Assembly (NCBI GenBank): GCA_021785175.1
Contig: JAJYGH010000081.1
Location: forward strand, 40,245 to 104,244
Reading direction: 5' to 3'
Source of the DNA: Chloroflexota bacterium
Lineage (GTDB): Bacteria > Chloroflexota > Limnocylindria > Limnocylindrales > CSP1-4
DNA: 64,000 bases
In this document: one piece after another, positions 43,836 to 53,271 of the stretch
How the letters are laid out: each line of letters opens with the position of its first letter
Position numbering within the stretch: the first letter of the stretch is position 1
Made by a program: the position numbers and the translations under genes
Notes under the pieces: generated by a model
Told to the model about the DNA's origin: nothing
The model's input: only the letters and a program-made list of their open reading frames with translations
Databases searched by the model: none

Positions 43836-44830
43836 CGGCGGCCGCCCAGGAACGACAGGCCGACGAGCGCGCCGAGGGTCCCGGCCGCGAGCGCCATCCA
43901 CCCGTAGATCGACGGGAGGTCGCGCGTCGTCGCCACCGGGTCGGGCGGCAGGCCGTAGACCTCGGGCTCGTCGAGCAGCAGGAAGAACGCGCCGAACCCG
44001 CCGACGCCGTCGTCCGGGTTCGCGCCGTACAGGCGCGCGCCATCGAACCCTCGCGCGACGACCTGCTCGAGCCGTCGCGACGCCCGCTCGCGAAGCTCGT
44101 CCAGCTTGCCGAACTGGATCGATTCGGTCGGGCAGGCCTTCGCGCAGGCCGGCTCGAGGCCGTCCTTCGTCCGGTCGTAGCAGAGCGTGCACTTCTGGGC
44201 CATCCCGACGCCCTTCGACCCGGCGATCTCGCGCCGCCCGATCACGCCGAACGGGCACGCCACCACGCAGTAGCCGCAGCCGTTGCACACGTCCTGCTGG
44301 ACGACGACGGTCCCGAACTCGGTCCGGAACAGCGCCCCGGTCGGGCACACGTCGAGGCAGGCCGCGTCCGTGCAGTGCTTGCACACGTCCGACGACATGA
44401 GCCAGCGCATGCCCTCGCCACCGTCGCCGCGTGGGGCGTCGGGCGGCGGGTACCCGTCGCCGCGCGGCGCACCGCCGGACGGCCGGTCGCGAAGGGGAGC
44501 CGCGTCGGGTCCCGCCGCGCCGTCGCGCATCTCGGCCTCGCGCAGGCGTGCCTTCGACGGCGCGACGTGGAGCGGCCGGTCCTGCTCGATGAACGCCACG
44601 TGCCGCCACGTGTTCGCGCTCAGGCCGCCGGTGTTGTCGTACGAATTGCCCGTCCACACGTAGCCGTCGGCCGGGACGTCGTTCCACTCCTTGCACGCGA
44701 CCTCGCACGCCTTGCACCCGATACAGAGCGTGGTGTCGGTGAAGAAGCCGAGGCGCGGTCTCGCCTCGTCGCCGTAGCTGGCAGGCCAGGCGTCGGGCCG
44801 TTCGACGACGGGCAGTGGACGTCGCATCAT
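43832..44830 (-). CDS. fdnH: Formate dehydrogenase iron-sulfur (beta) subunit
   Basis: CIGCKACEVAC, CKHC..C..CP, CNGCGYCVVACP, KCTLCYDR..PACAKACP; C-terminal TM. Confidence 0.93.
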   Translation of the reverse strand: MMRRPLPVVERPDAWPASYGDEARPRLGFFTDTTLCIGCKACEVACKEWNDVPADGYVWTGNSYDNTGGLSANTWRHVAFIEQDRPLHVAPSKARLREAEMRDGAAGPDAAPLRDRPSGGAPRGDGYPPPDAPRGDGGEGMRWLMSSDVCKHCTDAACLDVCPTGALFRTEFGTVVVQQDVCNGCGYCVVACPFGVIGRREIAGSKGVGMAQKCTLCYDRTKDGLEPACAKACPTESIQFGKLDELRERASRRLEQVVARGFDGARLYGANPDDGVGGFGAFFLLLDEPEVYGLPPDPVATTRDLPSIYGWMALAAGTLGALVGLSFLGGRR

Positions 44831-47800
44831 CGGCCCTCCGACCGTGTTCCGGGCGCATGCTCCTGCGGCGCCTGCGTGACGTCTCCGTCGCGCGTGATCC
44901 GCGGGTAGCTCTCGACGAGCCGGCGGAGTGCCGGTCCGCGCGGCCTCCTTCCCGGCCGAATGTCGCAGCTCGCGGCCTTGACCTCCTCGATGTGGACGTT
45001 CGGGTCGAGTGCCAGCGGAACCACGTCGTTTGCCGAGTCGCCGGTCACGATCCCGTTGCGTCCCCAGTGATACGGCAGGCCGACCTGGTGGACGGTCTTC
45101 CCCTGCACGTCGAGCGGCCGGATGCGCTCCGTGACGAGGACTCGCGCCTCGATCGCACTCCGCGACGTCACGATCGTCGCCCACCCGCCGTGCTCGAGGG
45201 CGCGGAGCGCGGCGAGTTCCGGGCTGACCTCGCAGAACATCTCGGGCTGCAGCTCGGACAGGTGCGGCACGAACCGGCTCATGCCGCCCGCCGTGTGGTG
45301 TTCCGTGAGGCGGTACGTCGTCATGACGAAGGGGTATGCGTCGGCTCCCGGGCTGTCGCCGCTCGGGTTGTACGGGTTCGCGGGACGGAAGAACCGCTGG
45401 CGTGGCGGGTTCGCGCGCTGCGGGTACAGCAGGTTCGCGAACGGCGATTCCTCGGGCTCGAAGTGTGTGGGGAGCGGGCCGTCGACGACGCCGCGCGGCG
45501 CGAAGATCCAGGCGCGGCCGTCGGGGTGGGCGATGAACGGGCGCCGGCCGTCGATCGCCGCCAACGCTCGTGCTCCATCGGGTGGCCGGTAGTCCGGCCC
45601 GTGATCGGGGGCGAAGTCGATCTCGTCGTCACCGACCCACCGCTGCGACGCCTCGTCCCACCACATGAGCTTCTTGCGCTCCGACCACGGTTTCCCCTGC
45701 GGGTCCGCCGAGGCGCGGTTGTACAGGATGCGGCGGTTCTGCGGCCACGCCCAGCCCCACTCGCGGCCTTCGAGCCCCTGCTCCCAGTGCGGTTTCCGCC
45801 GCGCGGTCCGGTTCACGCCATCGGCGTAGCAGCCGCAGTAGATCCAGCAACCGCACGTCGTCGACCCGTCTGCCTTCAGCTGCGCCGACGCCGACAGCAG
45901 CGTGCCGTCCGCCTGCCGGCCGTTGATCTCTCGCAGCACGGCCTCGCCGTCGGGCTCCTCGGTCGCGCCCGTCAGCGGGTACTCCCAGGCGAGTTCGAGC
46001 AGCCCGCGGTCGCGCGGGTCGGTCGAGTTCGCCAGCTTCTCGCGGATGATCCGGCCGAGGTGGTACATGAACCACAGTTCGCTGCGGGCGTCGCCCTTCG
46101 GCTCGACCGCCTGGTCGCGCCACTGGAGCAGCCGCTGCGTGTTCGTGAACGAACCCGCCTTCTCGACGTGCGACGCTGCGGGCATGAAGAACACCTCGGT
46201 CGGGATGTCCCCGGTCCGCAGTTCGCCCGTCTCGATCTCGGGGGCATCGCGCCAGAACGTCGCGCTCTCGATCTCGACGAGGTCGCGCACGACGAGCCAG
46301 TCGAGGTGGGCGAGCGCGAGGCGGTGCAGCCGCGAGTGGGCGGAGCCGACGGCCGGGTTCTCGCCGAGCAGGAAGTACCCCTTCACCGAGCCGTCCATCA
46401 TCCCGAGCGTCGCCTGGTACGCCGAGTGATCGCCGCTGATGCGCGGCAGGTAGTCGAAGCAGAAGTCGTTCTCGGCGGTCGCCCGGTCGCCCCAGTACGC
46501 CTTCAGCAGGCTCACGATGTAGGCGTCGACCGTTCCCCAGATCCCGCCCGGAGCCGTCTGCGACTCGATATACGTCCGCAGGTCATGTCGGGCCTGCGCC
46601 GCGGGCATCGGCAGGTAGCCCGGCAGGATGTCGAACAGGGTCGGAATGTCGGTCGAGCCCTGGATCGATGCGTGGCCGCGGAGCGCCATGATCCCACCGC
46701 CCGGCCGGCCGATGTTGCCGAGGAGCAGCTGGATGATCGCCGCGGTCCGGATGTACTGGACGCCGACCGTGTGCTGCGTCCAGCCGACCGAGTAGACGAA
46801 CGACGCCGTTCGCTCGCGACCGGAGTTGTCGCACAGGGCCCTGGCGACGAACCGGAGGTCGTCCGGAGAGCAGCCGCAGATCTCGGCGACGCGCTCGGGC
46901 GTGTAGCGGCTGAAGTGCCGCTTGAGGATCTGGAAGACGCAGCGCGGGTCCTCGAGCGTCGGGTCCATGTGCGGCGGGTCGCAGCACGGCGCCCCGGCGC
47001 TGTGCCCGCCGAAGCCTGTCGCCTGGTCGGTGGGCGCGCCCATCTCGCGGTGGCCGTGCATCGGGCTCGGGTCGGCGCCGTCGTATCGCCACGTCTCGTT
47101 GCCGTACGACCGGCTCGCCTCGTCCCAGCCCGAGAAGAACCCGCCGAGGTCCTCGGTGTCGCGGTACTCGTCGGTGATGATCGCGGGCGCGTTGGTGTAC
47201 TCGACGACGTACTCGCGGAACTCGCGCCCGTTCTCGAGGATGTAGTTGACGATTCCGCCGAGGAACGCGATGTCGGTCCCGGCGCGGATCTGGACCCACT
47301 TCGTCGCGGTCGCGCTCGTCCGCGTGAACCGCGGGTCGACGTGGATGACCTGCGCGCCCCGCTCCCTGGCCTCCATCACCCACTGGTACGCGACCGGGTG
47401 GTTCTCCGCCATGTTGGAGCCCATGATGAGGATGCAGTCCGAGTTGACGAGGTCACCCGGATACGTCGTGGCCCCGCCCCGTCCGACCGAGGTCCCCAGA
47501 CCGGGGACCGTTGCGCTGTGTCAGAGACGGGCCTGGTTCTCGACGGAGACGACCCCCAGCGCCGTGAAGAGCTTCTTGATCAGGTAATTCTCTTCGTTGT
47601 CGAGGGTCGCGCCGCCGAGCGAGCCGATGCCGAGGGTCCGGTTGACGCGAACCCGTCCGTCCTGGGTGTCGATCTCGTCCTGCCATGTCTCGCGCCGGGT
47701 GGCGATCACGCGGTCCGCGATCATGTCCATCGCGGTGTCCAGCGCAAGCTCCTCCCACTCCGTGCCGTACGGCCGCCGGTATTTCACCCTGTACTGGCGG

Positions 47801-48099
47801 AGCGGGCTCGTCACGAGCTGGCGTGACGCGGACCCCTTCGGGCAGAGCCGGCCACGGTTCAGCGGGCTGGCGGGATCTCCCTCGATCTGCGTGACCTCGC
47901 CGTCCTTGACATACACGAGCTGCGCGCAGCCGACGGCACAGTAGGGGCAGACCGAGTGATAGACGGCATCCGCGGTCTTCGTGCGGGGCTCGAGCGCCGC
48001 GGAGCCCTCCGACTGTGCGGCGCGGCCGAGACCGAGGAGATCGTGGTCGCGGACCTGGCGGACGATGGGCAACGAGCGGAGGCGCTGCAACGGTTCCAC
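44827..48099 (-). CDS. fdnG: Selenocysteine-containing formate dehydrogenase alpha subunit (about 1090 aa; UGA at 47521-47523 = Sec193)
   Basis: Two track ORFs are in one frame, joined by ENQARL-TGA-HSATVPGLG (FdnG ARV-U-H motif). CPYCAVGC...C Fe-S motif; SECIS follows; sel genes adjacent. Confidence 0.95.
47488..47520 (-). promoter_or_regulatory. Bacterial SECIS element
   Basis: 11 nt after UGA: GGUCCCC-GGUCU-GGGGACC hairpin (stem and loop at 47491-47509) with a G-containing apical loop. Confidence 0.9.
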
Positions 48100-48249
48100 C
48101 GAGGCTTCCCTTCCAGCCTGACCGCGGCTGCCGCCGCATGACCGCGCCCGCGCTGCGCGGTTGCATGACCCTCGCACCTTCGCCGCCTCGCGGGAATACC
48201 AGCCGCGGCGGGCAGCGTCACGAAAGCGCATACGCGCGGCCGCGCCACA

Positions 48250-48296
48250 CCCGACCTGGGCTCCGGTCCCGACCCGGGCTCCGGTCCCGACCCGGG
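48250..48296. repeat. 18-bp tandem repeat (about 2.6 copies) between selB and fdnG
   Basis: cccgacc(t/c)gggctccggt x2 + cccgacccggg. Confidence 0.8.
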
Positions 48297-48300
48297 CGCG

Positions 48301-50334
48301 TCAGGCCCGGCCTGCTCGTGGCCCCGCCACGTGCCCCGCCGGCGTCCGCGCAAGCACTCCGCGTCGGTCGAGCTCCTCGATGATCGCGACCACGTACCGG
48401 CGGCTCGTGCCGGTCGCGTCGCGGAGCGCTGCCGGCGTGAGCGGCCCCTGCCGGGCGAGGCGGACGGCGACCGACTCGATCGCGGCAAACGCGGAGGCGG
48501 CATATGCCAGGTCGTCCTCGAGTCGCACCAGCCGGCCGCTCTCCTCGAGCCGGCGGAGAGTGGCGGGCGTGCACCCGGACGCCACGACCGCCGCGCGGAG
48601 ACTCGGCGGGGCGGGCACTGCGAGCGCCGCGAGCAGGCGATCCCCTGCCTCGTCCTCCGCGCTCCGGGCGTTCCCCGCGACACCCGGTGCCGCGGCACGG
48701 TTGCCATCGCGGACGATCCGGCCCGACGCGACCAGCCGATCGATCGCGCGGGCTGCGGCGTGCAACGCCTCGCGCTCCGGCAGCGAGCTCCGCCGCCGGA
48801 TCTCGGCCGCCCCGGCCGCACGCAGCGTCGCGAGGTCCAGTGTCCCGGCCCCCGCCTCCGAACCGTCCAGCGCCCCGAGGACACCCTGCTCGCATGCACG
48901 CTCGACGTCCGGCGCGAGAACGGGTTCGGCGCCGTCGGGACGGTCGGGGAGGGCCGGTACCCGTCGAAGCGCGCCGTGGAGGTCGACGAGGGCCGGCAAC
49001 GAATCGCGCCCGAACTCGAGCGCCTCCGCCAGCGCGGTGAGCCGCGGCCGATCCACCCGGTGGCGGGCCGCTCCGCGTGGCGGGCTCACCTCGAGCACGA
49101 CGCCGCCGGCCACGGCCTCGGCCGGGCTCGGCCGTCGGAGCACGAACCGGTCCCCGCGGGCGGCAGCGACCGGCCGCGACAGTCGGAGCAGGCACGTCAT
49201 CCGTCCGTCGGCGAGCCCCGCCGCCTCGCGTCGCCCGCGCCCCACGACCGCATCGACCTGGTCGGTGCCGGTGTGGAGGCGGAGGATCTCGCCGGACCGG
49301 GAGGGCCGGATCGGACGCAGCGCGACCAGGAGACGCGCCGTCTCGACCACGCTCGTCCCATCGGACAGCACGGAGCCGCGCCGCACCTGCTCCGGATCGA
49401 TCCCCACGAGGTTGAGCGCCACGCGTCCCCCGGCCGCCGCGCGCGGCACGGGCTGGCCATGCACCTGAACCTCGCGGACACGGACCGGGCGGCCCCCGGG
49501 GTCCAGACGGAGAACGTCGCCGGGCGCGATCGAACCGCCGCGGAGGCTTCCCGTGACCACCAGGCCGCGCCCCCGCACGACGAACGACCGGTCGACCCCC
49601 AGCCGCACGGGCCCCATCCCGAACCTGGCTCGCGCGCGCACGCGCCGATCGAGCCCCTCGAGCGCCTCTCGCAGCTCGCCCATCCCCTCGCCGCGGACGG
49701 CCGACACGCAGACGATCGGGGCGCCGGCGAGCGTCGTTCGCGCGATCATCTCCTCGGCCTCCTGGGGCACGAGCACGGCGCGCGGATCGTCGGCGTCGTC
49801 GAGCAGGTCGAGCCGTGTGACGGCCACGACGCCGTCCGCGATGCCGAGCGCGTCGAGCAGCTCGAGGTGCTCGAGAGTCTGCGCCCGAGCGCCATCGTCC
49901 GCCGCCACCACGAGCAGCGCCGCGTCGATCTCGCCCGCCCCGACGAGCATGTTCCCGACGAGCCGATCGTGCCCCGGCACGTCGACGAAGTCGAGCCCCG
50001 CGCCGTCCGGCAGTGTCATGTACGCGTACCCGACGTCGATGGTCATGCCGCGCCGGTGCTCCTCCGGCAGCCGGTCCGCGTCGATCCCGGTGAGGGCGCG
50101 GAGGAGCGTGGTCTTGCCGTGGTCGATGTGACCGGCGGTGCCGACCACGACGCTTCCCACGGTGAGGTCCGAGACGGCGTCCCTCGATCGCGACCGCGCC
50201 GTGGCCGCGGTTTCCGCCACCGCGCGCCCCGTGCCGGCCGCCATCCGAGCGCTTGTCCTCGCGTCGCCTGCCGCCGCCGCCGATCCTGTTGGCCGGACCA
50301 CGCCGGTCATCGCCTGGCCTCCCGCGCGGCTCAT
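48301..50334 (-). CDS. selB: Selenocysteine-specific elongation factor
   Basis: [32 protein letters not shown]-terminal winged helix TSRRY..IIEELDR; ATG overlaps the selA stop. Confidence 0.95.
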   Translation of the reverse strand: MSRAGGQAMTGVVRPTGSAAAAGDARTSARMAAGTGRAVAETAATARSRSRDAVSDLTVGSVVVGTAGHIDHGKTTLLRALTGIDADRLPEEHRRGMTIDVGYAYMTLPDGAGLDFVDVPGHDRLVGNMLVGAGEIDAALLVVAADDGARAQTLEHLELLDALGIADGVVAVTRLDLLDDADDPRAVLVPQEAEEMIARTTLAGAPIVCVSAVRGEGMGELREALEGLDRRVRARARFGMGPVRLGVDRSFVVRGRGLVVTGSLRGGSIAPGDVLRLDPGGRPVRVREVQVHGQPVPRAAAGGRVALNLVGIDPEQVRRGSVLSDGTSVVETARLLVALRPIRPSRSGEILRLHTGTDQVDAVVGRGRREAAGLADGRMTCLLRLSRPVAAARGDRFVLRRPSPAEAVAGGVVLEVSPPRGAARHRVDRPRLTALAEALEFGRDSLPALVDLHGALRRVPALPDRPDGAEPVLAPDVERACEQGVLGALDGSEAGAGTLDLATLRAAGAAEIRRRSSLPEREALHAAARAIDRLVASGRIVRDGNRAAAPGVAGNARSAEDEAGDRLLAALAVPAPPSLRAAVVASGCTPATLRRLEESGRLVRLEDDLAYAASAFAAIESVAVRLARQGPLTPAALRDATGTSRRYVVAIIEELDRRGVLARTPAGHVAGPRAGRA

Positions 50335-51854
50335 CGGGGCTCTCTGACGGTTGCCATCTCACCCACCGCCGCCCGCAGCGCCGCTGCGAGGTCATCATCG
50401 CCGGCGGGATCGACGGTCCGCAGGTCGAGCAGGACCCGCCCGGACTCGACACGGCCGACCACGGGCGGCCGCCCCGTGCGCAGTGCGCGAAGCAGCCGGT
50501 CCGCCGACGGACTCACGATGGCCAGTCCGAACGAGAAAAGCAGCTCTCCGGGCAGCGAGCCGCCTCCGACCGTCGACTCGACCTCGACGACCTCTCCGAC
50601 GCCGGCCGCATCCCGGATCGCCTCTGCCCGCCGCCGCAGCTCCTCGGGCGTCCGGCCGATCATCTGCCACACCGGTATCTCGCGCTCCGCCAGGCCTCGG
50701 CGGTAGAGGTCGAGGGTGGCCGCGAGGGCCGCGAGCGTGACCTTGTCGGCGCGGACGGCGCGCGCGAGCGGGTCGCGCCGGAGCCGCGTGACGAGGTCGG
50801 CTCGCCCGACGATCAACCCCGCCTGCGGCCCGCCCAGCAGCTTGTCGCCGCTGAACGTCACGACGTCCGAACCCGCCCGCAGTCGCTCGCCGGGCATGGG
50901 CTCGTGTGCGAGCCCGAAGCGCGCGGTATCGAGCAGGGCGCCGCTGCCGAGGTCGTCGACGACGATCGCGCCGTGTGCGCGGGCGAGGGCGGCCAGCTCC
51001 GGCGCGTCCGGCGATTCGACGAATCCCTCCTGGCGGAAGTTCGACGGGTGCACGCGCAGGACGACCTGCACCCGCCCGCTGGCGAGCGGCTCGCGGAAGT
51101 CCTCCACCCGTGTCCGGTTCGTGGTGCCGACCTCGACCAACCGTGCACCGGCTCTTCGCACGATGTCAGGGATCCGCACGCCCCCGCCGATCTCCACCAA
51201 CTCTCCACGGCTCACTGCCACGCCGGCCCCGCGGCCAGCCAGCCCGATCGCGAGGGCGACCGCCGCCGCGTTGTTGTTGACGACGAGCGCGTCCCCGGCG
51301 CCGGTCAACGCGACGAGGAGATCCTCGGCGGCGCGGAAGCGCCGGCCACGGCGTCCCGTGGTGGCGTCGAACTCGAGGAACAGGGGGCGGCGGGCTGCCA
51401 TCGCCGCAGCCTCGATGGCGACCGCGGGCCACGGCGCCCGTCCGAGGTTCGTATGGACGATGACGCCGGTCGCATTGACGATGGGATCCGGCCGCCCCTC
51501 GGCTGTCGACAGCCGCTCGACGACCTCGGCCGCGAGCGCCCCGGGCGAGCGGGCCGCCAGCGTGTCGGTCGCGCAAGCCGTCTGCTCCCCGCCCTGCCGG
51601 GTTCGCGTGTTCCCACCCGCCAGACGGGCTCTCTCGCGTTCCACCGCCGCGCGGCTCTCCGCCAGCACCGCCTCGCGGGCATGGCCGTCCGGGGCGATCG
51701 ACCGAACGGCTTCGAGGACGCGCTCGACGCTGGGCGGCCGGGATGGCAGCGGCCGGGACGCCGCCGGCCGGGCCGCCGCCGGGCGGGACGCCGCCGGCCG
51801 GGACGCGGATGCGTGCGCCGACGGCTGAGGCGCGGACGGGGGAGACGGCGACAC
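50331..51854 (-). CDS. selA: L-seryl-tRNA(Sec) selenium transferase
   Basis: NATGVIVHTNLGRA, VNNNAAA, SRGELVEIGG, EVGTTNRT, HPSNF, FSGDKLLGGPQAG; GGAGG RBS before GTG. Confidence 0.96.
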   Translation of the reverse strand: MSPSPPSAPQPSAHASASRPAASRPAAARPAASRPLPSRPPSVERVLEAVRSIAPDGHAREAVLAESRAAVERERARLAGGNTRTRQGGEQTACATDTLAARSPGALAAEVVERLSTAEGRPDPIVNATGVIVHTNLGRAPWPAVAIEAAAMAARRPLFLEFDATTGRRGRRFRAAEDLLVALTGAGDALVVNNNAAAVALAIGLAGRGAGVAVSRGELVEIGGGVRIPDIVRRAGARLVEVGTTNRTRVEDFREPLASGRVQVVLRVHPSNFRQEGFVESPDAPELAALARAHGAIVVDDLGSGALLDTARFGLAHEPMPGERLRAGSDVVTFSGDKLLGGPQAGLIVGRADLVTRLRRDPLARAVRADKVTLAALAATLDLYRRGLAEREIPVWQMIGRTPEELRRRAEAIRDAAGVGEVVEVESTVGGGSLPGELLFSFGLAIVSPSADRLLRALRTGRPPVVGRVESGRVLLDLRTVDPAGDDDLAAALRAAVGEMATVREPR

Positions 51855-51869
51855 GCTTCCTCCGATGTC

Positions 51870-51966
51870 TGGCGGGAGCGAATGGGAGTCGAACCCACCG
51901 CGCAGCGCTGGGCGCCGCGCCACAGGTTTTGAAGACCAGGGGGCCCACCGGGACCCACGCGCTCCC
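51870..51966 (-). tRNA. selC: tRNA-Sec (anticodon UCA)
   Basis: 97 nt; 6-bp D stem with 4-nt loop, anticodon loop CU-UCA-AA, long variable arm, GUUCGACUC T-arm, G73 and encoded CCA. Confidence 0.96.
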
Positions 51967-51989
51967 AGCGGGATGGTACCCCGGCCCCG

Positions 51990-52028
51990 CGAAGGCGCGA
52001 CTGCAGTGACACGAAGGCGCCACTGCAG
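51990..52028. repeat. 17-bp direct repeat (22-bp period) in the selC/selD divergent promoter region
   Basis: cgaaggcgcgactgcag ... cgaaggcgccactgcag. Confidence 0.7.
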
Positions 52029-52155
52029 GGGCCCGGTGGCCGCGGACGGAGGTCGGGCCCCACCGGGCCCGCGTCCGACTGTCGCGAACGAGACCGCGCC
52101 GTGGCGACCCGCCGATCCCACGGCCTCCCGCCCGGCGGCCCCTATGATTCCCCGC

Positions 52156-53238
52156 GTGAAATCCACCACGCCCTCGCCCCTTGAGAGATCCACGGCAGCC
52201 CCGGCTCCGCTCCGCCTGACCGAGTTCACCGACTGCGGCGGCTGCGCATCCAAGCTCGGTGCGGACGTCCTCGCCGAGGTGCTGGCCGGGCTCAGCCGCG
52301 CCGCGCCCGCGAAACCCGGCCCGGACCTGATCGCCGGCCTCGACCCGCCCGACGACGCCGTCGTCTACCGGATCTCACCGGACGCCGCGATCGTCGGCAC
52401 GGTCGACTTCTTCCCGCCGCTCGTCGACGACCCGCGGACCTACGGCGAGATCGCCGCGGCCAACGCGCTCTCGGACGTCTTCGCCATGGGCGGGCACGTC
52501 CTGTTCGCGCTCTCGATCGCGGCGTTCCCCGCCGAGTTCCCGCATCATGTGCTGGCCGCGATCTTCGACGGCGCCGCCTCGATCGTGCGGGAGGCCGGCG
52601 GCGTGCTGGCGGGCGGCCACACGATCCGCGATCCCGAGCCCAAGTACGGCCTCGCGGCGGTGGGCCTGGTGGATCCCGGTCACCTCCTGCGGAAGGGTGG
52701 GGCGCGGCCCGGCGACCGGCTCGTGCTCACGAAGCGGCTCGGGACGGGAATGATCGTCAGCGGCCGACGCCAGGGGGTGGTCGGAGACGCCGACCTCGCG
52801 GCAGCCGTCGCCCAGATGCGGACGCTGAACGGCCCCGCGGCGCGGGCGCTCGTGTCACAGGACGTGGTGGCGGCGACGGACGTCACGGGGTTCGGACTGC
52901 TCGGGCACGGCCTCGAGATGGCACGCGCGTCCGGGGCGCGGCTCGTGTTCGAGGCGGCGGCGCTGCCCGTGCTGCCCGGCGTGCTGGCACTCGCCGAGGC
53001 CGGCGTCGAGACGGACGGCGCCGGCCACAACCGGCGGTTCGTCGCTCCGGCGCTCGCCAGCGACGGGGTGGGCCCCGCCCTGGTCGCGATCGCCCACGAC
53101 CCGCAGACGTCCGGCGGCATGCTCGCCGCCATCCCGCCCGGGCGCGTGGCGGACCTCGAGCGCGCGTTCGACGCGGCCGGCATCGAGCGCTGGTGGGTCG
53201 GTCGCGTGGAGGAGGGGGAGGGCGTCGCCCTCGTGTAG
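52156..53238 (+). CDS. selD: Selenide, water dikinase (Cys form)
   Basis: RLTEFTDCGGCASK, DDAVVY, TVDFFPP, NALSDVFAMGG, TDVTGFGLLGH, DPQTSGG. Confidence 0.96.
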   Translation: MKSTTPSPLERSTAAPAPLRLTEFTDCGGCASKLGADVLAEVLAGLSRAAPAKPGPDLIAGLDPPDDAVVYRISPDAAIVGTVDFFPPLVDDPRTYGEIAAANALSDVFAMGGHVLFALSIAAFPAEFPHHVLAAIFDGAASIVREAGGVLAGGHTIRDPEPKYGLAAVGLVDPGHLLRKGGARPGDRLVLTKRLGTGMIVSGRRQGVVGDADLAAAVAQMRTLNGPAARALVSQDVVAATDVTGFGLLGHGLEMARASGARLVFEAAALPVLPGVLALAEAGVETDGAGHNRRFVAPALASDGVGPALVAIAHDPQTSGGMLAAIPPGRVADLERAFDAAGIERWWVGRVEEGEGVALV

Positions 53239-53271
53239 CCCGGCGGCCTCAGGCGGCTGGCGCCCCGGGCC

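Noticed and set aside
47521-47523. fdnG as a nonsense pseudogene or two separate genes
   Set aside because: The TGA is at the conserved Sec position, in frame, followed by a SECIS, with selABCD adjacent.
51855-51900. Island or prophage integrated at the selC 3' end
   Set aside because: selA begins 15 nt downstream; no integrase or duplicated tRNA 3' end was seen.
52156-52260. Additional selenoproteins (SelD, rhodanese, MoaD TGA stops)
   Set aside because: SelD has TGC (Cys) at the active site. The other TGA stops fall at natural C-termini with no conserved downstream continuation.
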